DNA of 64,000 nucleotides from Alphaproteobacteria bacterium (GCA_965214705.1 CBDCCI010000002.1:1568001-1632000); one strand, 5' to 3'. Positions 41,608 through 52,372 are shown, numbered from the stretch's first letter. Notes: generated by a model from the letters alone, not told the origin. A program made the numbers and translations.

Positions 41608-42866
41608 GTGCGCCAGGCGAACTGGTGCGAGTGCAGTTGGTGAAAGTCCAACAGGAAGGAGAAGGTGAGCCACCACTTCCACCCCGAGTCATGGGCCGTC
41701 GCTCGCGAGGGCGAGGGTCAAGCGTTGACAGGGGCGCGTGTGGGCGGGGCTATTGAGCACCGAAAGAAACATCATCCGGGATGCCGAGGCTCTTTCGTTG
41801 GCCGAAGGTCGCATCTGGCCCACCGATATGGCGAGGGGGGTCTGAATCCCGCGGTGTCAGAGAACCCACGCACGTACGTACGCACTGCACCGGGACCTGG
41901 GAGGTCTCCATGTCATCCCGCTGAGTCGTGGCGGGAACGCTGAGGAAAGGAGGAGTCCGTAACCGAAGATGAACGACATGGAGAAATCAGACTCGGCCAT
42001 AGTGTGTGCTGGGCAGCGCCCAGATCAGGTGGGTTCAAGTCCCACTGGCGCTCGGGTAAGGGGCGCCATATCCAAAAGTGGGGGTAATTCCTCACTGGCC
42101 GGAGTGAGCCGATAAGCGAAACTCTAAACGGGCACGAAGCCGGAAACGGCGGAGACAGCCAAGGGAGGAGCTAAGTTGGTCCACTGTCGAAAGACAACCG
42201 GAAGGCAGGGTGTCCACCGCGAGGTGGAATCTGAAGGGCTTGCGGAGAAGTACCGGGCCGTAATCGAGGGGGCCACCCCATGATGAATCGGTCGGCCAAA
42301 GACGGGGCAAGGTCGAGCCGGCACTATGGCGGCGAAGGCGTTCTTACCCACCCGTCGCACCAAGGTGTTTGCGAGCGGCACGGTACGGAAGATCTGGACG
42401 TGACCCCAGGAGGGCTCGCCGCGTTCCCGGGTGGCACCGGGATAACGGACCCTATAAGCCGAAAGGCGAAATGGGAAAGGATGCGCGGCGAGCAATCGGA
42501 CAACCGAATAGTACCTGAAGCCCGGCGAAAGCCGGGTGACCGCGCGAGCGGCGGCCGTGTGGGCCGGGGAAGGCGGTTGGCAGAGGTGGTCGGCGAGAGA
42601 CAGCGATGAGTGAGTAAGGACCATGACGCGGACAAGTTCCTTGAGCGAAAGACCCGGACATCATGGCCCGAGGAGACTCATCGACTGGATCAACCCGGCG
42701 GGTGACAGGAAGGTCCACTCACTGGTGGACAAGGTGTACAAGCGGAAGAACCTTGAGGTGGCCTGGGAAAAGGTGAAGCGCAACCGGGGTGCCGGTGGCG
42801 TGGACGGAGAGGATTTAGCGGCGTTCGAGGCATCGCTGGATGCAAATCTCGATCGCCTGCACCGGG

Positions 42867-44545
42867 GGGTGTGATTCTCGTATGGCGATATGCCAGTCGT
42901 GATGGCGCTAAAGGATATGGGCTGGTTCATTTTGGTCAAGCAGCGAGTGCCAGGACTTCGGTTGGGCTGATGTTGTCGTTAGCTGGTCCGGATCGGGCGT
43001 CCATGAGCGCATCCCATGCCCGGTCGAAGAGGCCGGATTTGATCAGGGCGCGGAAGGTCAGAACCGCCTGCCCGCCGTCGATCCGCCAGCGCATGCCCGA
43101 GCGTTTCAAGCGCTGCGCGACGAGGGTCTTGCAGGCCGCCTCGACCACACCCGAGCCGATGGCGATGCCCTCTTCCTTCAGGGCGTGGTAGCGCATCCGA
43201 TGGCGGTGCTTTCGGAAGAAGGCCAGCTCGCGCTCGATCTCGGCCGGGTCCCCCTTTGCCCTGTCCAGGAGGTAGCGCAGTGCCCGGATCACCTTGTCGA
43301 CGCCGCGGGGGTCGTGGCGCAGGATTTCGCGGTGCTTCTCGAACCAGTGGCGCGCCACCGCATGGTCAGAGGCCACGCGGAGATGCTCGCAAGCGTGCCA
43401 GAAGTCGATGACCTCGGTCTCGGGCGAGAGGCTTTCGAGGAAGGTCCAGTTGTCGGCGGCCCCGTCGGCGACGGCGCCGATCCTGATCTTCGGGCTCACA
43501 CGGCGGATATGGGCGACCTCGCTTGCAAGTTGCGCTTTCAGCGCGGCCTTGCCGCTCTCGGGCATACGGCCGAGATAGAGGGTCTTCAGCCGTTGGCCCT
43601 CGGCGTCGTGGAAGGAGACCGTGCCGCAAGAGGCCTCGCGCCAGCACGCCTCGGCACGGCCGTCCTCGCCGGCCCGCAGCGCCACCATGACGCCGTCAAG
43701 GGAGACGGACGCGGTGACCGCATCGGGCGGTATGCCCTGGGTTTCACGGATGCTGGCCAGCGTCTCCGGGGCGACGCTCTCCCAGTGCTCATGCATGCTC
43801 AGGGCCAGGCGCTGCAGCGTGCTCACCGACGGCGTCATTCCGCCCATTTTCGCGAAGAACTCCTCCGCTTCACGCGGCGTACAGTGGCCCATCATCATCA
43901 GCCCGAGCTGCGCCGCCGGCCGCGTCAGGTAGTCGTCGATGAGGCCCAGGCTCTCGTCCACCGGCACCAGCGACGTGCTGCTCGCGCCGCTGCGATAGCG
44001 CGCACGCCGATAGGTCACGGGACCGAGCGTCGTCATGATCGTCTTCGGCGTCGCCGCCACCCGGACCCAGCTCTGTCCGTCGCGCTCGATCCGGCTCGCA
44101 CCGTCGTCGCGGCTCTCGGCGAAGGCCCCAAGGAGCTTGCAACCCAAGCCGTTCATGGCGTCCCGCAGCCCCGTCTCAACCGTTTCGAACGTCTCGGCAG
44201 ACGGGTCAGACCCAGCCTGTTCGCGACAGAACTCCACCACCTGGGCGACCGCTTCGGCGACTTCGGCAGGCAGGCCCAAAAGGTCGATGGACGAGGCGAT
44301 GAGAGACTGCGACACTGGCATGGGAACGCTCCTGATGTTGGGTCTGATGTTGGGTTGTCGGCGCGGCATCCTACCGCATCTCGCGGTGCGGAGCGTTCCC
44401 ACCCACCACTGCTGGATGCCGCCGTTGTGACAAAATCCGGCCCTGCACCGGCCGATTGTCACGAAAACCCGATTCTGGCTGCCTACGGCCACCCGCCAAT
44501 CGCGCTAAATCAATGACTTACGATCGCCATGCCAGACCTACACCC
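42867..44545 (-). mobile_element. ISKra4/ISLre2-type IS, copy 2
   Basis: 8-bp TSD GCACCGGG (42859-42866, 44546-44553); same IRs and ORF as copy 1. Confidence 0.94.
42936..44321 (-). CDS. DDE transposase (UPF0236 / ISKra4-ISLre2 type)
   Basis: Translation identical to 16511-17896. Confidence 0.88.
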   Translation of the reverse strand: MPVSQSLIASSIDLLGLPAEVAEAVAQVVEFCREQAGSDPSAETFETVETGLRDAMNGLGCKLLGAFAESRDDGASRIERDGQSWVRVAATPKTIMTTLGPVTYRRARYRSGASSTSLVPVDESLGLIDDYLTRPAAQLGLMMMGHCTPREAEEFFAKMGGMTPSVSTLQRLALSMHEHWESVAPETLASIRETQGIPPDAVTASVSLDGVMVALRAGEDGRAEACWREASCGTVSFHDAEGQRLKTLYLGRMPESGKAALKAQLASEVAHIRRVSPKIRIGAVADGAADNWTFLESLSPETEVIDFWHACEHLRVASDHAVARHWFEKHREILRHDPRGVDKVIRALRYLLDRAKGDPAEIERELAFFRKHRHRMRYHALKEEGIAIGSGVVEAACKTLVAQRLKRSGMRWRIDGGQAVLTFRALIKSGLFDRAWDALMDARSGPANDNISPTEVLALAA

Positions 44546-45718
44546 GCACCGGGAGTTGCGGGACGGTGAGTATCACCCGCAGCCGGTTCTCCAATGCCTG
44601 ATCCCCAAGGCGGGCCAGCCGGGGAAGTTCCGCCCGCTCGGCATCCCGACAATCTACGACCGGGTGTGCCAGCAGGCGCTGCTGAACCGGCTGGAACCGA
44701 TCTTCGAGCCGGTGTTCGACGATGCCAACTACGGGTACCGGCAAGGAAGGTCTGCCCATGGAGCGTTACGCAAGATATGGAGGGAACTGGACGAGGGCAA
44801 CGAGTGGGTTCTCGATGCGGATTTGAAAGACTTTTTCGGGTCCGTGGACCACGAAAAGCTCCTCGAACTCGTCAACCAGCGAGTCTCGGATGGCCGGGTA
44901 TTAGGTCTGCTCAGGCAGATGCTCACGGCCGGGGTGGTGGCCGACGGTAAGAGGCTGCCGACCGAACAGGGCACTCCGCAGGGCGGCATCGTTTCACCGC
45001 TGCTCAGCAATATCTTGCTGACCCCGTTCGATTGGGAAATGCGTCGTCGCGGCTATCGACTAACGCGATACGCCGATGATTGGCTGATCACGTGCCGCAC
45101 ACGCGGGGAAGCCCGCGCAGCACTGGAGACGGCCAGGCGGATTCTGGCAAAGCTGGGTGTGTCCCTCAACGCCGGGAAGACCCGCATTGTCCATGTCAGG
45201 CACGGGTTTGAGTTCCTCGGCTACAAGATCAAGCAGGGCGAGCGGCCTCTCCGGCTGTCGTCCTCCAAGATCAAGAGCGGGGTTCGCGGGGGAGCGCGCT
45301 ACGCGGTTCCGCGTGAGAAATCCATCCGGCACTTCAAGGACCAGATTCGCCAGCGTACCCGGCGCAAGGCTCCTGTCAGCACGCAGGAGCTGATTGACGA
45401 GATCAACCCGATCATTCGGGGATGGGGCCAATACTATTGCAAGGCCCACGTCCGCGGGCTCTTCCACCAGCTTGACGGCTGGATCGTGCGGCGGCTCTGG
45501 TCGCATCGTCGCAAGCGCTGGCGCAACGCTGGCTGGAAACAGTTGCCGGAGCGCAAGCTGATCGACGAATACGGGCTTGTTCGCCTGATCTCACTGGTTC
45601 CGTCCTTGAACCTTCGTTGAGACACCTTTGTGAAAGCGGCTTACGGGAAAACCGTACGGGCCGTTTGAGCGGCGGACGGAGGCTAGCCTCGCGGGGCGCC
45701 TCCTCCGACCCGACAGCG

Positions 45719-47158
45719 ATGAAGCCGGCGAACAATGGGGCACCTGCCCCGGCGGAGCCGGTGGAGCCAAGGGCCGAGCCCAAGGGGAATCTGGAAGGCC
45801 AAAGCACGCGCCGGACGCAGGACCGGGAGAGCGTGTCACAAGCGGCTGACCGGATACGGCAGTTTGTACAAAGGGAACCTGGGGTGCGTCTCACGACGCT
45901 CCTCCATCACGTCACGGTCGCTGCGCTGCGCTGGGCGTTCTTCGAGTTGAAGAAGGACGCTGCGGCGGGTGTCGATGGCCTGACGTGGCGGATGTACAAG
46001 GAAGGGCTGGAAGGCCGTCTCGCCGACCTGCACGACCGAGTGCACTCGGGGGCGTACCGGGCGACGCCATCACGGCGGGTGAACATCCCGAAGCCGGATG
46101 GCGGCACACGACCGCTCGGCGTCGCGGCCATAGAGGACAAGATCGTCCAGAAGGCTGTGGCGGAGATAATCCTGACGCCGATCTACGAGGCGGAGTTTCT
46201 GGGGTTTAGCTACGGGTTCCGACCCGAGCGTGGGGCGCACAATGCGCTCGATGCGCTGGCGGTCGGGATCGAAAGGCGCAAGATCAACTGGATAGTGGAC
46301 TGTGACATCCGCAAGTTTTTCGACACGGTTTCGAGGGACTGGCTGGTCCGGTTTCTAGAGCACCGGATAGGGGACAGGCGGGTTATCAGGCTGATTATCA
46401 AGTGGTTGAACGCTGGCGTCATGGAAGCTGGAGAGTGGCGTGACGACCTGCGGGGAACTCCGCAGGGTTCGGTGATTTCGCCGATCTTGGCGAACGTTTA
46501 TCTGCACTACGTCCTCGATCTTTGGTTCCAGAAGAAGTGGCGCAGCCACGAGGTCAACGGCGACTCGATCATCGTTCGCTACGCCGACGACTCTGTGGTG
46601 GGTTTTCAGCACGAGCAGGACGCGGAGTGCTTTCTGGAGGCCGTAAAGGAGCGGCTCGGACGCTTCGACCTGGAACTGCATCCCGACAAGACCCGGCTCA
46701 TCGAGTTCGGGCGGCACGCCATAGAGCGCCGCCAAGGCCGAGGGCAGGGTAGACCGGAGACCTTCGATTTTCTGGGCTTCACACACTACTGCGCGAAGAC
46801 CAGACGGGGGTACTTCATGCTGGGGCGCAGGCCGATGGCGAAGAGGATGGCCCGCACCCTGAAGCGGATCAAAGAGGTGCTACGCAGGCGGATGCATGAC
46901 AACATCGAGGATACGGCCAGGTGGCTGGGCAAAGTGGTGGACGGATGGCTGAACTACTATGCCGTCCCGACCAGCAGCCGGTACTTACAACGCTTCCTCG
47001 TCCGCCTAAAGCGGGTGTGGCTCGCCATTATACGCCGCAGATCGCAAAAGGACCGATTTACATGGGCCGACATCGACAAACTTAAAGCTCGACACTGGCC
47101 CAAGCTGAGAATCCGACACCCGTGGCCGGATCAACGACTAGCCGTCAGTTCGACCTGA
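45719..47158 (+). CDS. ltrA: Outer intron RT/maturase, intact, no endonuclease domain evident
   Basis: AAGVDG, IPKPDGGTRPLG, FSYGFRP, GTPQG, RYADD, FDFLGFTH, GWLNYY; alternative GTG start at 45833. Confidence 0.92.
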   Translation: MKPANNGAPAPAEPVEPRAEPKGNLEGQSTRRTQDRESVSQAADRIRQFVQREPGVRLTTLLHHVTVAALRWAFFELKKDAAAGVDGLTWRMYKEGLEGRLADLHDRVHSGAYRATPSRRVNIPKPDGGTRPLGVAAIEDKIVQKAVAEIILTPIYEAEFLGFSYGFRPERGAHNALDALAVGIERRKINWIVDCDIRKFFDTVSRDWLVRFLEHRIGDRRVIRLIIKWLNAGVMEAGEWRDDLRGTPQGSVISPILANVYLHYVLDLWFQKKWRSHEVNGDSIIVRYADDSVVGFQHEQDAECFLEAVKERLGRFDLELHPDKTRLIEFGRHAIERRQGRGQGRPETFDFLGFTHYCAKTRRGYFMLGRRPMAKRMARTLKRIKEVLRRRMHDNIEDTARWLGKVVDGWLNYYAVPTSSRYLQRFLVRLKRVWLAIIRRRSQKDRFTWADIDKLKARHWPKLRIRHPWPDQRLAVSST

Positions 47159-47235
47159 GGGAGGAGCCGGATGCCTTAGCGGGCACGTCCGGATCTGCGC
47201 GGGGGGAGCGGGGCAACCCGCTTCCCTACCGCGAT

Positions 47236-47414
47236 TGCTCGCGCCCGCAGCCCTCGCAGGCGTACATGTGGCCGCCGAGCACGGCGGTGCGGCACGCCTC
47301 GATGGCGCCCATGACCTTGAGCCGGGCGGCGTCGATGCGCCCTTTGTGGCGCTCACGGAAAGCGGCGCCGGCGCGGCGGAAGATCTCCGCCACGCCCGCG
47401 CGTTCGGCCTCCAC
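47236..47414 (-). pseudogene. IS91-type transposase, 5' part
   Basis: MEAERAG...CEGCGRE identical to copy 1 up to the intron junction. Confidence 0.92.
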
Positions 47415-47420
47415 GCGCCG

Positions 47421-48299
47421 TCAGTTGCGCAACGCTGCGAAGCCTGAGATCGGGTGGTCGAGGCCCTCGAACATCTTGCCGGTGACGCGGGCGTAGTGAC
47501 GGGTCGTGTTCGCGCTTCGATGGCCGAGCATGTCCCGGATCACCTCGATATCGCCGCCGCGCTCGAGGAGATGGGTCGCCGCCGAATGGCGCAGGCAATG
47601 GAAGGTGTAGCTGCGGTCGAGCTCGGCAATGTCGCGCGCCCTCCTGAAGGCGGCCTGCAAGGTCTCCGTTGCGATGGGCCTGTCGAGCGAGACGCCGTAG
47701 AAGAGCCAGCTCGTCGGACGCGGCCAGATGTTCCTGTAGTAGACGCGCAAGTAGTGGATGACGATGTCCGGCAACGGTGCCATTCTCTCGGTGCCGCCTT
47801 TGCCGGAGGGGATGTGCAGCAGCTTCTTCTCCGACAGGATGTCGCCGACCTTGATGGCCAAGGTCTCGGAGATGCGGAGCCCGCCGCCATAGCCGGTGAC
47901 AATGGCAGCACGGTGGCGGAGGTCGGGTGTCGCAAGGATGAGGTGCTCGACCTCCTGCTCCGACATGTAGCGCGGCAGCTTGCCGGGCTTCTTGCGGGAG
48001 CGCAGGCCGGCGACATGGTCAGGCCAGCCGAGTGTGTCGATGTAGAGGAAGTTCAGCGCGGCGAAGGAGACGTTGGTCGTGCCCGGACTGAGCCCCTTGT
48101 CGATCCGCCCCAGGTACCACTGGCGCACCTGCTCGGCGTCGAGCTCGTCCGGCGAGGCGTCGTAGTACCTGGCCAGGTTCTTGATCTCGCAGATGTAGGC
48201 CTTGGACGTGCTCGCGGCCAGATTGGCGATGCGGAGCTGCTCCTCCATGCGCTGGCGAAGAGGGGTGACGGTGTTCGTGTCGCACGCGGTCCCGGTCAT
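47421..48299 (-). CDS. Tyrosine recombinase (copy 2, intact)
   Basis: Translation identical to 4121-4999. Confidence 0.93.
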   Translation of the reverse strand: MTGTACDTNTVTPLRQRMEEQLRIANLAASTSKAYICEIKNLARYYDASPDELDAEQVRQWYLGRIDKGLSPGTTNVSFAALNFLYIDTLGWPDHVAGLRSRKKPGKLPRYMSEQEVEHLILATPDLRHRAAIVTGYGGGLRISETLAIKVGDILSEKKLLHIPSGKGGTERMAPLPDIVIHYLRVYYRNIWPRPTSWLFYGVSLDRPIATETLQAAFRRARDIAELDRSYTFHCLRHSAATHLLERGGDIEVIRDMLGHRSANTTRHYARVTGKMFEGLDHPISGFAALRN

Positions 48300-48531
48300 T
48301 ATCGATCTCCCTGGATCGCGACGGCGCGCCGCCGGACCGATCCGGCGACGGTCCGTCGCAGGGGTCGATGCTAACCACTGGTGATCGGGAGGCTGCTGGG
48401 GATCCGCCACCCGACGGGCGGAGCGCCACTGACGCAACCGGGAAGCGAACGCACAGAACAAACGGCACCCGCGACGCCTCGGAAATGAATGAACTCTACG
48501 CCGCTAACTCCGCGTAGCGGCTTCGTTCAAG

Positions 48532-51012
48532 ACCCTTCTGGCGTCTTTGGCTTCGCTCGCCGCTTTCGTCTTGCTGGCGACGAATGCAGTTCATGCCGGC
48601 TCACTCGCGCCCGGCCCGCAGATCATCACCGAGTACGACCGCAGCTTCATCGAGCGCTCTGGCGCCCAGACCTTCGGCGAGATGCTCGACACGGGCATCA
48701 TCCGCTACTTCTTCACCGGAGGGCGCGATCTGCTCATCCTGGTGAACGGGCGGCCCTACGCAACGACCGCGCACAATCTGGACTCCCTCCCGCTTTCGGC
48801 GGTCGAGCGCATCGAGGTGCTGAGAGGCGAGAGCCTGGGGACGATCGGCGGCCACGCCGCGGTACGTGGCGCATTCAACCTTGTGCTGAGGAAGGATCTG
48901 GACGGCTTCGACGTGCGCACCGTCGCCCGGCTGCCGAGCCGCGACGGCGGCGACGCGCGCCAGGGCAGCGTCGTATGGGGCGGCGCGATTGGCGACGGCG
49001 GACACATGACCCTCGGCGTCGATATCCTCGACCGCGAGGAGATCGTCGGCAGTACACGCGAGCACAGCCGCTCGGAGTGGGCAGAGGGCGGGAGCTTCGC
49101 CGAGGCGAAGAACGTGAGCGTCGGCGGCAACACCGTCTACATCTTCGACACAAGCGCGGGCGAGCTGAGAGCCGTGGCGCTCGGCGCGTGCGACCCGGCG
49201 CACGGCTACACCGGCCCGCTAAGCAACCCGTCGGGGATCGACTCGGGCGACAAAGGCTGCGGGTTCGCTTACGGCAACTTCTGGTGGGACAGCGGGAGCT
49301 ACGACCAGAGTAATGCAATCCTGAGCCTCGACCACCCGCTTGGAGAGCGCGCCGAGCTTCACGTGGACGCAAACGCCACGCTTGGACGCTCGGCGTTCCG
49401 CTACGCACCGTCGATCGATGTCTTCTCGATCGCCCCGAGCGAGAGCCTGCTCGACGCAATCAACGCATCGGCGCGCGAGGCCGACCCGGCGTTCGAGGCG
49501 ACGAGAGACGACATCTTCGCGGTGGGGCACCGCTTCATCGGCCATGGCAACCGAGACTGGAGGACGACCACCGAGGAGTACGACCTCTCGGCAAGCGTCG
49601 AGGGCCGGCTTTCCGAAGACCTGGGCTACGACGCCGAAATCAGCGCCTGGAGGCTCGACGGCTCGGTGAGAGGCGATACCTTCGTGGACGCCGAAACGAT
49701 CGGGCAAGAGATCGAGGCAGGAAGGTACGACCTGACCGATCCACTGTCGATGGAGACGGACCACCTGAGAGCGATCGAGAGGAGCAGCCTGCGCGAGGAG
49801 GAGGACTTCGGCGGGAGGTATCTGGGCGCGCGTCTTGCGCTCGAGGGGGCCGGTCCGGGCATCGGCGGGCGCGACACGGCATGGACTGCGGGGGTCGAAC
49901 TCGCCGACGTGGAGGCCCACAGACTGCTGGCGTTCCGGGCGAGCGACGGCCGGACCCGCGACGTGAACGGGGTGCTCGGGTCGGGCGGCACCAGCTACGC
50001 CGGCGAGCGCGAGGCGGCAGGGGCCTTCGCCGAGGTGTCCCTGCCCCTCGCCGACGCCGTGGACGTGAGAGCCGCGGCACGGGCGGACGAGTACGACGAC
50101 GTCGGCGGGCTGCGTGCGTGGCGCCTCGGGGCCGAATACAGTCCGAGCGACATCGTGACGCTGCGCGGCTCGTGGAGCACGGGCGACCAAGCGCCCTCGA
50201 TGCACCACCTGTACAGCACCGCTGCGCAAGACCACCCCTACGTCCGTTGCGTCCCGGAGAGCGGGCCGCCGCCGCGCACATGCGACACGTCGAACTACCG
50301 GCAAGTGACGCGCAGCACGAGCGGCAACCCCGAGCTCGAGCCGTCTGGATCGGAGAGGCGCACCATCGGCGCCGAGGCCCGCAGGGGGCCGTTCTACCTC
50401 GTCGCCGACTGGTACTGGCTCACGACCTCGGATCTGCCGGGGCAGCACGATGCCACCTGGGCGATGCTGAATTACCCCGAGTGCCCGCCGGGCGGTGGCG
50501 GCAACTGCATCGGGCGCGCGGCCGGAGACATCACCATCCACGACAACTTCGCGAATATCGTCGAGATCGAAATCTCGGGGGTCAACACCCGGTTCGGGGC
50601 CCGCGCGGAGACCGACTGGGGCTTCGTCGCATTGCGCGGATTCTGGCGCTATGTGGCCAGCAGCGAGGAGCGCATCGCAGGCGACGAGCAGCCGTACCCG
50701 CTCCCGCGCAACGCCGTGCGCATCGTGACCTCGGCCGGGCGCGGCGACCTCACCGCCCTCTGGGCCGTCAACTACCGTGATGAGATCGAGAACCAGCGGG
50801 GCGATGGACGGTTCAAATCCTGGATCGGCCACGACCTGACGCTCGACTGGAGAGCGCCGATTGGCCTCGAAGACACGCGGTTAACCGCGGGCGTGTACAA
50901 CGTCACCGACGCGAAGCTCTCCACGAACACCGCGAACCCCTCCTTTACCGACGGGCCGCGCGCAGCCGGCTGGGGGCGCACCTTCTTCCTCACATTCAAC
51001 ATGATGTTCTGA
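48532..51012 (+). pseudogene. TonB-dependent receptor, main body (5' end severed; possible TTG restart at 48547)
   Basis: Plug motifs LILVNGR, LSAVERIEVLR; GNPELEP; GVYNVTD; C-terminal Phe. Confidence 0.85.
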
Positions 51013-51072
51013 GCAGGGGGCGGCGCCTGACCCTCTTCCCGAACTCCGCAGTGGCGCGGTGACAGCTGCGGG

Positions 51073-51690
51073 CTAATCTCCCCCGCCGCCGCCGTCGACC
51101 GAAGGCACGATCTCGGCCGGCTCGACGAAGTTCGGCTCCACCTCGGGCGGCCGGGCCTCGGCGCCGACGGCATCGGACGCCTGCGCCTGAGCCGCCTGCT
51201 GCTGGCGGTTGCGATAGAGGGCGAGGAAGTCGATCGGCGCGAGCAGGAGGGGCGGGAAGCCGCCGTCGCGGGTGACGTCGGCGACAATACGCCGCGCGAA
51301 GGGGAAGAGAAGCCGCGGGCACTCGATCAGCAACGCCGGCTCCATCGCGTTCTCGGGGATGTCGATGAAGTTGAAGACCCCGGCATAGCTCAGCTCCACC
51401 AGGAAGACCGGCTTCTCTTCGTGGCTGGCGTGCGCGGTGATCTGCAGGACGACCTCGAAGGTCTGCTCGTTCAGCCGGCGCGCCTCGACCTGCACGTTGA
51501 CCGTGATCTGCGGCGAGCGCTCCGCCTCGGGCGGCCGCTCCAGCGCGGACGGATTCTCGAACGAGAGGTCCTTCACGTATTGGGTCTGTATCCCGAGCTG
51601 CGGGCGTGTTTCCTGCGCCCCTTGCGCGTTGCCTGCGCCTGCGGCGGCGGCCGACGTGGGGGGTGTGGTGCCGGTCTCGTCAGCCATCAT
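51073..51690 (-). CDS. secB: Protein-export chaperone SecB
   Basis: QYVKDLSFENP, ECPRLLFPFAR, GGFPPL, PIDF. Confidence 0.96.
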   Translation of the reverse strand: MMADETGTTPPTSAAAAGAGNAQGAQETRPQLGIQTQYVKDLSFENPSALERPPEAERSPQITVNVQVEARRLNEQTFEVVLQITAHASHEEKPVFLVELSYAGVFNFIDIPENAMEPALLIECPRLLFPFARRIVADVTRDGGFPPLLLAPIDFLALYRNRQQQAAQAQASDAVGAEARPPEVEPNFVEPAEIVPSVDGGGGGD

Positions 51691-52172
51691 CGCTCTCCTT
51701 GGGGGCGCACATTCGGGGGGCCGGGTTCGGGTGTTTCGTCGAGCACGGTGTATTCGCCGTCGATGACCCGCCCGCCATCGGCGGCCGACGCCGGGCCGGC
51801 ATCGGAGCCGGCATGGCGGGCGTGCGGCGCGAAACGGGCCAGCAGGCGGCGCAGGAGACTACGGCGGAGCGGCGGCAGCAACAACAGCGTCCCCAACGTA
51901 TCGGTGAAGAAGCCGGGCGTCAGCAGCAGCACCGCCGCGAGCGCCAGCGCCGCGCCCTCGGCCATCTCGGCCACCGGCAGACGATTCGCCGCGAGCTGCT
52001 GACGCGCCCGTGCCAGGGTCTGGAGCCCTTGCCAGCGCAGGATCAACCCGCCGACCACGGCGGTGCCGACGATCAGCCCGATGGTCGGCCACGTCCCGAT
52101 GACGCTCCCGACTTCAAGGAAGATAAACACCTCGCCGACGGGAATCGCCAGCAACAGCAGAAGTAGGGGCAT
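51687..52172 (-). CDS. fxsA: FxsA family membrane protein
   Basis: LLLTPGFFTD, VIDGEY. Confidence 0.92.
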   Translation of the reverse strand: MPLLLLLLAIPVGEVFIFLEVGSVIGTWPTIGLIVGTAVVGGLILRWQGLQTLARARQQLAANRLPVAEMAEGAALALAAVLLLTPGFFTDTLGTLLLLPPLRRSLLRRLLARFAPHARHAGSDAGPASAADGGRVIDGEYTVLDETPEPGPPNVRPQGER

Positions 52173-52372
52173 AAAGGCGGTGTGCTCCGTGCTTGCGCTC
52201 GCGCGGCGCTCTACCTATCTTGCGTTATGTCGGCTCCCCGCGCCGGGCTTCGGCGGGACCGTCGCTCACGCCGGGGTTGCCGGCGAGCGCCGCCGACGAG
52301 GGCCCGGAGTTCGCTGGCCGGATTCGGCAGCCATTTTGCGACGGAAGGCCGCCTGCCCACAAGGTTCGGGAC

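Larger units (their letters stand above)
42623..45620 (+). pseudogene. Inner intron RT/maturase split by IS (42623-42866 + 44554-45620)
   Basis: HSLVDKVY..GAGGVDG..LDRLHR|ELRDGEY..RPLGIP..GTPQGG..RYADD; in frame after removing the IS and one TSD copy. Confidence 0.92.
42004..45714 (+). mobile_element. Group II intron, inner (twintron)
   Basis: 5' GTGTG, 3' CCGACCCGAC; DV AAGCGGCTTACGGGAAAACCGTACGGGCCGTTT at about 45634; removal gives GGCCATAGT|AGCGATGAAGCCGGCGAAC. Confidence 0.9.
41608..47235 (+). mobile_element. Group II intron, outer (own sequence 41608-42003 + 45715-47235)
   Basis: 5' GTGCG, 3' CTACCGCGAT; DV GAGGAGCCGGATGCCTTAGCGGGCACGTCCGGATCTG at about 47161; removal restores GAGCGGA|TGCTCGCG as in copy 1 with no duplication. 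Confidence 0.93.
40235..48531 (-). mobile_element. Int + IS91-type element, copy 2 (inverted, carrying nested introns and IS)
   Basis: Near-identical to 3889-6557 over 40235-41607 and 47236-48531; AAG at both junctions. Confidence 0.93.

Noticed and set aside
45617-45718. N-terminal extension of the outer RT in the ORF track
   Set aside because: It is a translation of the inner intron's DV/DVI; outer-intron sequence resumes at 45715.
41608-47235. DGR, retron or defence RT
   Set aside because: Both RTs have group II boundaries, DV/DVI and maturase regions. I saw no template/variable repeat pair differing at adenines.
3889-48531. Inversion or composite transposon between the two inverted element copies
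   Set aside because: Each copy's own flanks rejoin to a single gene (tadG-like, receptor), so these are independent insertions without rearrangement. The two IS copies also keep their own TSDs.
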